Source of the DNA: Thecamonas trahens ATCC 50062
Lineage: Eukaryota; Protista; Apusomonadida
Length of the DNA stretch: 63,821 nt
Assembly: GCF_000142905.1 (NCBI RefSeq)
Contig: NW_013657658.1
Span: 124,001 to 187,821, forward strand
Direction: 5' to 3'
Below, piece after piece: positions 30,301-38,392 of the stretch (positions are counted from its first letter, which is position 1; every line of letters begins with the position of its first letter). The position numbers were made by a program, and so were the translations under genes. Below the pieces are notes generated by a model. That model was not told where the DNA came from and did not search any database. It saw only the letters and a program-made list of their open reading frames with translations.

Positions 30301-32512
30301 TGTGCGCCGCCGCCGGCGCGCAATCAAACTCGAGCACGGTCGCCGACTTTGGAATCTGGAGCCGAGAGTACCCAATCCGGGCCCGGAGCGGGAGTGGCGG
30401 CAGCCCACTCATCCGCAGCAGCGCGTCGTACAGGATCGGCACCGGCCCCTGCTCACTGACATCGGTGTCGGCGAGGAGCGCGATGCGGACTCGGGCCGAG
30501 TTCCCCGGCGCGAGCTCGCGGCCTTCGAGGACAACCGCCTCGAATGCTGGCGCCTCACCGGACGGCGTTGAGATGACGGGAACCAGCGAGACGTTTGTCG
30601 ACCCCGTGTTGGTCACAACCAGGAACCGCTCAAAAGGCTGCGGCGTGGTCGTCAGATCGACGTCGCCAAATGAGATACCGCCAGCAGGCTCAAAAGCAAG
30701 CGACGGTGGCGCCGGCGGAGGCGCCGCAGGCCCAGGACCAGCGCTTGTTTCTGCGCGAAGGGAGCGAGATGGAGACAGCTTTCGCTGCGACCAGGTACCC
30801 GAGCTGGCGAGCTCTGACGAAGAGAGCATGCGGGAGTTGGCTTGCGGGACGCTGCTACTGATCTTGCTCTGCATTTCCTCGGCATCAAGGTCAACCAGCA
30901 CACGCTCGCGGCCAGAGGTGACATGCAGCCGGAGGACGACGCCTGTCTCGACGTTGGCGACCAGAAGCTCGGCGGCGCAGACTCCGTCCGCGCGCTCGGT
31001 GGCGGCCAACGTCACACTTACCGTGTCACCGGGCGCAATCGAAACGTACGACGGCTGGACAACAAAGAGACTCGGTTCTGAGACTGAGAGCGCAACCTGG
31101 GTGACGCTCTGGGAGCTGTTGGTGATGGCAACCTTGTTGGCCGACGAAGGCCTGTCAAGCTGGAGGCTCTCGTACACGTTGCGGTCGAGAGCGATCGGAA
31201 GTGCCGGCACCACCGAAGCCTGCAGGAAGACATGCAGCGGTGCGTTTCCGGAACATGCCACAATGAGTGTGGCCGAGTAGAGGGTCGGAATGTCGACAGC
31301 CTCGGGCGCCACAAACAAGAGCACGATGTCGGTGTCGACAAAGACAAAGGCAAATGCGTCCTTGTCCGCGCCGGCGAGCGTGACCGAGAGCGTACCACGT
31401 TGTGGGTCGATGACTGTGTTGGTTGTGGCGAGATAGTGCATTGTGCACGCGCCAGCTGGCAGCGTGCCAAACGAGATGACCGAGGCCAGGCCGGGCGATG
31501 GATTCCCCGAGTGCGGCGCCGGCGACATGGTCGGCGAGAGAGCGACAGCAAAGTCTGGACGTGGGTGTGGCGGCGTCGAGGCGTGTAGCGAAGCGTCAAG
31601 CGTGCCCATCGGGCCCGAGCGCCCGCGAAAGTACGATGACGGCGAGATCGACGACTCGGCTGCCTGCTGGGGCGAGTCGTCAAACAAGTCCGAGTCGAAG
31701 GCCGGCACCGTCGAGCTCCGTGACGCCGCGTGCATGGCAAACGCGGCCTCAGCCTCGTCAAAGAGCGCTTGCGACGCCGGCACAAACGCTGTGCTGTCGT
31801 CGACGTCAGCCGCGCCGCTGGTGCGAGGACTAAACGAGACGGAATCATCGACGGATGCCGAGAATGGGCGAAGCGCGGGCGAGTGTTGTGGGCTGGGATG
31901 CGGCGGAGACTCGGCATGGGTTAGAGGCTCGGGCTGGGGCGGGGTGGACGCGGAGGACGCAGTCTGGGGCGAAGGCTGCGGCGGTGGCTGTGGCTGCGGC
32001 GCAGCCTCGGCCCGTGACAGCGCCAGCTCACGCTCGCGCAGCGCCAGTTCGCGCTCGCGCAGCTCGAGATCGCGGGTACGGCGTTCGAGATTGTCGGCGG
32101 CGGAGACGGTGGCCGCATCGTATGCGTGGACACTCGTGACTGATGCGCCCGGGTGTGGTGGGCGATCGGCCGGGCCAAGGCTCGCCTCGCCGCCGTCAAA
32201 GAGAGCAAATGTGTCATGTGTGGCGTCATGCGCAGCGTCGTAGACGGGCTCGTGCGTGGTGTCGGCGGGGAGGAGTGACGGCGGGGCGGGCGGCTTGGGC
32301 AGGCGGGCAAACTCTGCGCCTGCGCCGGCAGCACGGCCCGCCGCGTACTTTGCGACCAGCGGCGGTGTGGCCGGCAGCGGCACAGGAGCTGCGGCCGCCG
32401 AGCGCAGCAGCGGAGTAGCCAGCGGCGACGAGGGCGCCAGTGGCTCCATGAGGAACTTGTACGAGTCGCGGAAGAACTGTGTGTTCATGGACGATGGGGT
32501 GGCCGAGTCCAT
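27392..32512 (-). CDS. CEP192: CEP192/SPD-2-like centrosomal protein with tandem ASH/PapD-like domains
   Basis: Disordered N-terminus followed by multiple Ig-like ASH repeats (NTGS/NSG motifs). SPD2-like LLGYGG..., NSGDRSGFV and GDELAR. C-terminal FPPTLVG...ICN...YVRLPVVYRP. Confidence 0.7.
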   Translation of the reverse strand: MDSATPSSMNTQFFRDSYKFLMEPLAPSSPLATPLLRSAAAAPVPLPATPPLVAKYAAGRAAGAGAEFARLPKPPAPPSLLPADTTHEPVYDAAHDATHDTFALFDGGEASLGPADRPPHPGASVTSVHAYDAATVSAADNLERRTRDLELRERELALRERELALSRAEAAPQPQPPPQPSPQTASSASTPPQPEPLTHAESPPHPSPQHSPALRPFSASVDDSVSFSPRTSGAADVDDSTAFVPASQALFDEAEAAFAMHAASRSSTVPAFDSDLFDDSPQQAAESSISPSSYFRGRSGPMGTLDASLHASTPPHPRPDFAVALSPTMSPAPHSGNPSPGLASVISFGTLPAGACTMHYLATTNTVIDPQRGTLSVTLAGADKDAFAFVFVDTDIVLLFVAPEAVDIPTLYSATLIVACSGNAPLHVFLQASVVPALPIALDRNVYESLQLDRPSSANKVAITNSSQSVTQVALSVSEPSLFVVQPSYVSIAPGDTVSVTLAATERADGVCAAELLVANVETGVVLRLHVTSGRERVLVDLDAEEMQSKISSSVPQANSRMLSSSELASSGTWSQRKLSPSRSLRAETSAGPGPAAPPPAPPSLAFEPAGGISFGDVDLTTTPQPFERFLVVTNTGSTNVSLVPVISTPSGEAPAFEAVVLEGRELAPGNSARVRIALLADTDVSEQGPVPILYDALLRMSGLPPLPLRARIGYSRLQIPKSATVLEFDCAPAAAHTLQLPLRNSGNLPLVLALSPQNARHFTVAPASVVLPPASVVPVSVTFRAQDLTPSSALESVLLLKAGKDVHHIALSASVIGAALTAPRAANRPPFTPLTATLGREEAQASRSAASPHVTKPADTPVESTGGDKAEAGPRLELGLAVVGKAKQASLVEDVAVATAAVSAESPVASFGGVARGDVAQLAVGLTNRGGGPVLVHVAIVPDDSPFSFVEPSLSAVRLPPGTTRLQMLYRPEHVRPLRRDKAQLLVTTLDGERVLSLPLLGYGGLARLRVSAKELDFGLVAHDDPSVRTLHVTNSGDRSGFVALSAPASTLGLARRLRILPASQGVVVQPGATARFTLVIDPVASGSGANSASNGPFSLVIGVHAGDELARMLRNAARTRRRSPGDLFDGKFDGAAPASTLPELGWPEEDFFDEASFDSHLEGSSVVLMGRQGSQKPAERPQGRQARARVPGSSSAATMRESGPRPAPLPTPAPEADRVGVLAVAPTRLALDKTNLFAQPLGVSNTGSAPLTFRAVPHLTELTSRTPYVLSVDPRSGVVAPGETREVVVRAVADVEEEVINQVLVVAGADEVLCSVRVAPRAPRVREHPPKPTNSTAASMSLGSGPATQLQTMQAPGGHDASGARPVEVAPRMVTFAAASGSSPSHAQVVLSNPNAVRVAFSVESEDRLGPFSFGLNHGTVAPQSALSIPVVFAPADEGDHAVAATLRVYGHVGGGEGQTLTVYLSGTGLAPVDGQVYVEENGLVFPPTLVGSLRMAKATICNGAASERVVQVAVAGGEGGVFSIRPTHAKIRVAPRSYVRLPVVYRPGELGAQSGTLIIHSGGREVRLALRGDAVESYLAVSSSQVAPGGAIRCFNMGDTPLAWEATGHGGANVSTTSGVVDGGGVVDIDVELTRTSRRRRGPHPHVVIASIDEGVSRTVAVVGRSTGRLGSVDGSRSVTFAPDPWASPAPDRKSSRVSQRLR

Positions 32513-32909
32513 GGCCTCCACGCCTCCCGTGTCACTTGGCGCGCTACCTGCGGGATGTGGCGGGTGGAGCGGCTGTGGTGGTACGGACGTGCCTGGCCGT
32601 GCCTGTGCGCTGCGCCGTGCCTTGGGTGCGACGGGTGCCAGCAGCAGCGGGAGTGGCTGCTCTACCACAGTGGCCACTGGCCATTGGCCGCCGTTTGTGG
32701 CGCCAACCACCACCGCCACTGGCGGCCAGGTGTCGCCGATCGATCACTGGCACAGCAGGCTGATCTGATCACACCAGCCCGGGGGGGAGGGCACGGCCAC
32801 GGCTACCACACTCCGCACCCTTCCCCCCCCCCCCCACCCCCCCCCCCCCTCCACCCTCACCCTCCACCCGCTTTGTACAGCCACAACACACTGCAGAACC
32901 TGCTCCTGT

Positions 32910-35879
32910 ATGTCGACAGCAGCCGCAGCAGCCGCAGCAACGCCGGTGGCCACACCGTCGCCGCGACGGAGTCGGCAACCACCGCCTTTTTCAACGCCTC
33001 TGCGGACACCGTCGCGAGCAAGCAGTCGTAGCACGCCAGGTAGGGGCACGCCAGGTAGGGGCACGCCAGGTAGGGGCACGCCAGGTAGGGGCACGCCAGG
33101 TAGGGGCACGCCGGGTAGGGGCACGCCTGGGCCCCGGACCTCGCCGCGTCAGCCGGACCTGGGTGGCACGCCGCAGGGTCAGCATGCCGGTGCGACGGCA
33201 TCGGCGTCGTTGGAGGCGTACATGGAGCTGCCGTACGCCATGCGGGTTCAGGGCTCGATCGGGCGATCGACGTTCCTGGCGACGCACACACTGGCACCCG
33301 GAGGCGAGAGCTACCAGCCGGCAGCGTACACCACCGATCTGGCAGACTCGTCGCCGTACGTGTACGTGCGGGGTGACAAGGTCGGGCCGCGGCGGGCTGG
33401 CCCACGGCCGGGCTCGTCGTCGCGAGCAAGGGTCCTGTCAAAGGCCGGGTCGGTTAGCAGCTCGCCGTCTGCCCGTGTCGACCGCAAGACAGGCCACGGC
33501 AACGCGGTGACGCGGATGCGGCGCAAGATTGCGGAGGAGCGTGTCCGCGAGCGGATGGCGGTCTCGCACACCCGCGAGAGAATGGAGGACCGCGCGGCGC
33601 GGCTGGCGAGAGTCAAGGCGCGGGTGGCGGCAGCGGCTCCGGCGTCGCCGGCCTCCCGAGCCTCCCGCTCGCGGTCGCACACGCCCGACCGCTCGTCGCC
33701 GCGGTCGGGTCGGTCGCACGCCTCGCCACACACTCCGACCGAGGACGAGCGCGCTGGCCACGTGCTCGCGCAAATGCGGATGCGGCGGCGCGAGCTTGAG
33801 GCTGCCAAGCGTGCGCAGCGCAACTCGCGCAAGGCTGAACGTGAGGCGCTCATCCGCACGCTGTACAAGCAGAAGCGACGGGCTGACATTCGGCGGAGGC
33901 TCAACACGCCGCGGTCGTACATGGAGAGTCACCGTGGCGGCGTCGACCCCATTGCCGACGAGCTTGCTCGGCTCGCCGAGCGCATGGAGGCTGACGACGA
34001 GGACCTTGAGGCCGAGGCTGCCGAAACGATCGCGCCTCCGCCGGCCTCGTTCAAGGCCCTCCACTTTCAGGCCGACGCCACGGGCCGGATCACTGTCACG
34101 CCGTACGAGGACTTTGAGGATGAGCTGCTCGACCTCGACAACATTGACTCGATTCCTGACGCCACGTACCACACCGGCGATGACCTCTCGCTCCTCTCCG
34201 AGATGGACGACGGCGAGTTTGACTCGGATGAGATCCTCGGCTTGCTCGAGGCCGACGACCCCGCCGGTCGACCGGGCGCGGGTCCCGACACGCCCGCCGG
34301 CGCGCGCCCACGGTTTGTGCCCGCCACCGAGGTTCGCAAGCGCCAGGGCAGCACGGCGGTGGCAGAGCTTGCGTTGCTGCCGTGGCGCGAAGCGTTTGAG
34401 GACGACTTGGTTTGGATGGCGAACCACCCGCCGCAGCCGAAGCGCGTCGTCGACCTCCTCGATGCCGCCGGCTGCGTCCTTGGGCTCGGCAACGGCGCCG
34501 GCCTGTTGGCTGATCCCGAGGCCGGCGCCGCCGCTGTGGCGCGGCTGCTGGACCTCCCGCACTCGGTTGACTTTGTAGCCATGGAGGCCATCCAGGACTT
34601 TATCGACAACCCCTACTACGTCGAGTACTCTTTCCGCGACGATCCACCGACCGCTGGCTTCCTCTGTGGCGTTCTGCGGGCGCTCGACAAGTTCTACGTC
34701 CCCGCGCCACGGTCGTCGCTCGACGCGTTGGCGCTCGCCTCGCTGCCGCCAGCCGATCAAGACATGGCGACGGCGGCGGCGGCCAACGAAGGCGACAATG
34801 TGGCGAGCGCGGCGGTGAGCCGACTCGTCGACGACCTTGGCCACTACGAGTGGATCAAGGCGTACGACCCGGTCTACCGCGCGCCTTACTACGTCCACGC
34901 CTCATCTCACATGGCATCGTGGGCGCCGCCGCCCGAGTCAGACTCGGTCTGCGAGCTGCACGTCTTCCCGGAGCGCTCCGTCGCCCGGGCCCCGCCACCG
35001 ACCGAGCAAGCGGTTGTCGTCCAGGTCACGGTCCTTGAGGCACAGGAGCTGGAGCAGACGACCGCGTACGGCTCGTGCTCGGCATTTGTGGCGGTCGAAG
35101 TCGATGGGGTGAAGAACGTGGCGACGACCGCGGTCGTGCACGACTCGGTCGACCCGGTGTTCAAGGAGACGTTTGAGTTTGGCCCATTCGAGCCCTCCGC
35201 CTCTGCCGCCATCCGCTTTACCGCGCGGCAGGCCGAGCCTGGCGTGGCACCGGGTGCATCGGTTGTTCTCTTTGAGGCCTCGCTCACCCTGGCAGACGTG
35301 CTCGACAAGACCGTGGTCTGGCTCCGCAACGACATCGACGGCGTGGCCGGTGTCCTCGCCGTCGTCGCCCAGCGAGTCGACGCGTCGGCCGCCAAGGTAG
35401 AAGCGGCGCAATTGCCCGCCGAGTCGGACGTGGACGGCTCGATCAGACTCGGCGAGCTCGAAGTTGACGATGCCGAGCTCGATGCCGCGCTTGCTGATGT
35501 GGAGCTGGAGTCTGGCGACGACGGGCTGGCAGATGCAGATCTCGGGCTCGACGACCTGGTGCTCGACGACGACGAGCTGGGCCCTACTGCGCCGCTCGGG
35601 CTTGACGACATCGACTCGGACGACATTGACCTCGGCCTGGACGATGTGGTGCTTGACGACGACGACATCGGGCTTGGCGACGAAGACCTGGGGCTTGATG
35701 ATGTCGTGCTGGACGACGACGATCTTATGGACGGCGGCGCCGGCGTTGACATCGACTTTCAGCTCTCATCCGAGTCTGCGCCGCCGCTCGGCATTTCAGC
35801 CTCGGACTCACCAGCGTCCAAGGCGGGCGTGGTTGGAGGGCAAGGCGGGAACGACCAGTTTGAGCTCTCTGACGACTGA
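32910..35879 (+). CDS. Hypothetical multidomain protein: basic/coiled-coil N-terminus, dynein-MTBD-like helical segment, WW, C2, acidic tail
   Basis: 989-aa ORF with host codon usage. WW: EWIKAYDPVYRAPYYVHASSHMASWAPP. C2: VTVLEAQEL...TTAVVHDSVDPVFKETFEF. Confidence 0.75.
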   Translation: MSTAAAAAAATPVATPSPRRSRQPPPFSTPLRTPSRASSRSTPGRGTPGRGTPGRGTPGRGTPGRGTPGRGTPGPRTSPRQPDLGGTPQGQHAGATASASLEAYMELPYAMRVQGSIGRSTFLATHTLAPGGESYQPAAYTTDLADSSPYVYVRGDKVGPRRAGPRPGSSSRARVLSKAGSVSSSPSARVDRKTGHGNAVTRMRRKIAEERVRERMAVSHTRERMEDRAARLARVKARVAAAAPASPASRASRSRSHTPDRSSPRSGRSHASPHTPTEDERAGHVLAQMRMRRRELEAAKRAQRNSRKAEREALIRTLYKQKRRADIRRRLNTPRSYMESHRGGVDPIADELARLAERMEADDEDLEAEAAETIAPPPASFKALHFQADATGRITVTPYEDFEDELLDLDNIDSIPDATYHTGDDLSLLSEMDDGEFDSDEILGLLEADDPAGRPGAGPDTPAGARPRFVPATEVRKRQGSTAVAELALLPWREAFEDDLVWMANHPPQPKRVVDLLDAAGCVLGLGNGAGLLADPEAGAAAVARLLDLPHSVDFVAMEAIQDFIDNPYYVEYSFRDDPPTAGFLCGVLRALDKFYVPAPRSSLDALALASLPPADQDMATAAAANEGDNVASAAVSRLVDDLGHYEWIKAYDPVYRAPYYVHASSHMASWAPPPESDSVCELHVFPERSVARAPPPTEQAVVVQVTVLEAQELEQTTAYGSCSAFVAVEVDGVKNVATTAVVHDSVDPVFKETFEFGPFEPSASAAIRFTARQAEPGVAPGASVVLFEASLTLADVLDKTVVWLRNDIDGVAGVLAVVAQRVDASAAKVEAAQLPAESDVDGSIRLGELEVDDAELDAALADVELESGDDGLADADLGLDDLVLDDDELGPTAPLGLDDIDSDDIDLGLDDVVLDDDDIGLGDEDLGLDDVVLDDDDLMDGGAGVDIDFQLSSESAPPLGISASDSPASKAGVVGGQGGNDQFELSDD
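33031..33130 (+). repeat. Coding 15-bp minisatellite (GCACGCCAGGTAGGG x6+), encodes TPGRG repeats
   Basis: Direct inspection. Confidence 0.95.
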
Positions 35880-35890
35880 TCCTTGTGTTA

Positions 35891-37996
35891 TCATATGCCC
35901 GACGTGGTGGAGACGGTGGTGCGAAAGGTAAACTGGAGTGACTCGTCCAGCGCGCCGTACCGCGCCGGCAGAGTCAGCGTGTGAAAGGTCGACGACATGA
36001 GCGAGAGCAGAGGCTTAAACTCGAGGACCTTGTGATTGTGCCGCCAGGAGAAGGTGCCCAGCACCCGGCGGGTTCCGCCAAACAGCCGAAAGCCCGACTC
36101 GATGTGCCTGGCGACAGCTTTGCGCGAATGCGAAAAGGTACAGCTGAGCCAGACGGTTGGCTCAACGTCGGTGGCGTCGGGCAAAGGGTATGTCTTGACC
36201 ACCGACGCCACCGTCACGCCGTCGGGCATCGGCGGCAGAGATGACGCCGACGACAAGCTCGAGATAGACTCGGTGGAGAGCTTCCGCTCGAGCTGCGGCC
36301 GACGCGACCATTCGCGGACCGAGGCAGCGGCACGGCTGCTCCCATTCCCGCGGCCGCGGCCTTGTGTGCGGCTGCGACTCCATACGCGGTCACGGCCGCG
36401 GCTGCTATGACCGGGCGGCAGCGGCGGCAGCGACGTCTGCTGCTGGCCGGGGCGCCAGGTTGGTGCGGGTGCTGCTTTTGCTCCGACAACCGGGGCGCGT
36501 TGTAGCATAGGCCCGCGCTTCCTCTGCGGCTCGGGCTCATCGGGCTCGTCGTCGTTCTCGCCGGCAGCGACGGCGTGGATGCGAGTCCAAATAGGTCCGT
36601 GGTCGGGGCCAGCCCTGGGCGCATTGATCTTGCGGAGGTACGGCAAGGTTGGACCTTGGGAGGCGACAGCCGACTCGGCCGATTCGCTTTCCACGGGCTC
36701 GGCAAAGCGTGCGGTCTTTGTCCGACCGGCCTGAGGGCCAGGCTTGGACGACGGCGAGTGAGGGCGAGAGCTGGAGCTACCATCAGAGCTGGAGTCGTAA
36801 ACCGGCGGCGCAGCGGCAGGCGACGCTGCGATGGCACCGGCAGTCGCTTCAGCCCGCGCCCAGATCGAGTTTTGCTTGGTCGCCATGGCCTCACGGAGCC
36901 GCTCTCGCGGCAGAGGGCCTGTTGGCTCGGACGGCGGGGTGGTAAGACGCGGGTGCGGCAGCCGGAGGGAGCGCGACGATGTGATGGGCTGCACAGCCTT
37001 TGGCTGTGGGCGGTTGTGCGCCGGCGAGGAGCGAGTTGAGCCACGCGAACGTGGTGGCGGCGATGATGACGAGGATGACGAAGAGGCCGAGAGCGAACGG
37101 GGACGAGGCCGTCTGAGGCGCGGCCCATCACTGCCTGCGTCCCCCTCTGTGGCGTTTTCAGAGCCAGCAGAGAGTGGGGTGGTAGCTCGGAGCATGATGC
37201 GCTCCCACACCGGGCCCCGGGTCAGCGAGCCGGGAACCGGATGCCCTCCGAGCTTGGCCAGGTATGGGAGGGCTGGTGGCGAGGCCGAGCCGTCGTCGAC
37301 GGTGGATGCCAGCGACTTGGAGTCCGAGTCATCGTCAGGAGAGCGCGGTCTGCGGCGGGCAGCGAGCCGGGCCTCGCGGGCCTCCTTCGTCCGACGTGCC
37401 GATTCTTCGCGTGCCAGCCTCGCGCGCTCCTGACGGGCAATTCGCAGACGACGCTCCTGCTCACGGCGGGCGCTGCCATCAACAGCCGCGGTGGCGGGAG
37501 CAGGCGAGCCACGGCCGTGGCCGCGGGGTGGGGCGGCTGCTGGCGGCTGCTGGTCGCGGGGAGCAATGGCGCGAGCAGCGCGGGCCCAGATGCCGACCCC
37601 ACCATCTGGAGGCGGCGATGGGCTCTCGCGAGAGCGGCGACGAGAGCGGGAACCGGTGCGGCGTTGATGCTTGCGCTGGTGCTGTGGCGGCGGTGATGGC
37701 GACAGCGGTGGCGATGGTGATGGCGATGGTGATGGTGATGGCGATGGTGATGGCGGAGGCGAAGGCGATGGCGGAGGCGAAGGCTGCGGCGGCGGTGATG
37801 CCGGCGGAGGTGGTGGCGAGGGCGACCGAGGCGGAGATGGAGAGGGGGGCGGAGATGGAGAGGGAGGCGGAGAGGGAGAGGGGGGCGGAGACGGAGAGGG
37901 AGAGTGAGGCTGTGGTGGCAGGACAGGCGGCTCGTCTCCAGGCGGGCGCACCTTGCGCTTGACTGGGTAAGCCAGTCGCCTGCGCTGTCGTCGCAT
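35891..37996 (-). CDS. Pro/Ser-rich protein with a C-terminal bacterial Ig-like (Big_5/SbsA-type) domain
   Basis: C-terminal VVKTYPLPDATDV...CTFSH...FRL...VLGTF...LEFKP..L...TFHTLTL...FTFRT fits the Big_5 pattern. The N-terminus is low complexity. Confidence 0.6.
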   Translation of the reverse strand: MRRQRRRLAYPVKRKVRPPGDEPPVLPPQPHSPSPSPPPSPSPPPSPSPPPSPSPPRSPSPPPPPASPPPQPSPPPSPSPPPSPSPSPSPSPSPSPPLSPSPPPQHQRKHQRRTGSRSRRRSRESPSPPPDGGVGIWARAARAIAPRDQQPPAAAPPRGHGRGSPAPATAAVDGSARREQERRLRIARQERARLAREESARRTKEAREARLAARRRPRSPDDDSDSKSLASTVDDGSASPPALPYLAKLGGHPVPGSLTRGPVWERIMLRATTPLSAGSENATEGDAGSDGPRLRRPRPRSLSASSSSSSSSPPPRSRGSTRSSPAHNRPQPKAVQPITSSRSLRLPHPRLTTPPSEPTGPLPRERLREAMATKQNSIWARAEATAGAIAASPAAAPPVYDSSSDGSSSSRPHSPSSKPGPQAGRTKTARFAEPVESESAESAVASQGPTLPYLRKINAPRAGPDHGPIWTRIHAVAAGENDDEPDEPEPQRKRGPMLQRAPVVGAKAAPAPTWRPGQQQTSLPPLPPGHSSRGRDRVWSRSRTQGRGRGNGSSRAAASVREWSRRPQLERKLSTESISSLSSASSLPPMPDGVTVASVVKTYPLPDATDVEPTVWLSCTFSHSRKAVARHIESGFRLFGGTRRVLGTFSWRHNHKVLEFKPLLSLMSSTFHTLTLPARYGALDESLQFTFRTTVSTTSGI

Positions 37997-38128
37997 AGGT
38001 GTGTGAAGTGGAGTGTGTGTTTGAGTGTGTGAGTGTGTGGTGGAGGGGAGGGAGGGGGATGGGTGAGTGTGTCAGGAGGAGGGAGGACAGTGACATGAAC
38101 TCGAGCATGAACCATGTTTGAAGGTCTG

Positions 38129-38234
38129 TGGTCCGTTGGTCCGTTCGTTGGTCCGTTCGTTGGTCCGTTCGTTGGTTCGTTCGTTGGTTCGTTCGTTGGT
38201 TCGTTCGTTGGTCCGTTCGTTGGTTCGTTCGTTG
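38129..38234. repeat. 12-bp tandem array (GTTGGTYCGTTC)n between divergent genes
   Basis: About 8-9 copies with a C/T variant. Followed by GATTGG (reverse CCAAT) and GGGGCGGGGCGGG. Confidence 0.92.
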
Positions 38235-38392
38235 ATTGGCGGCCAGTGGCTTGGGGAGGGGGGAGGAGAGGAGCGGGGCGGGGCGGGCCAGGCTGGTCGG
38301 ATCAAGGGCACTTGTCGCCAGCCTACTGGGTAGGAAGTGAGCTTGCGGAGGACAGAAAGAACAGAGCAGGTGAAGGAGTGCGGTAGGCAGAC

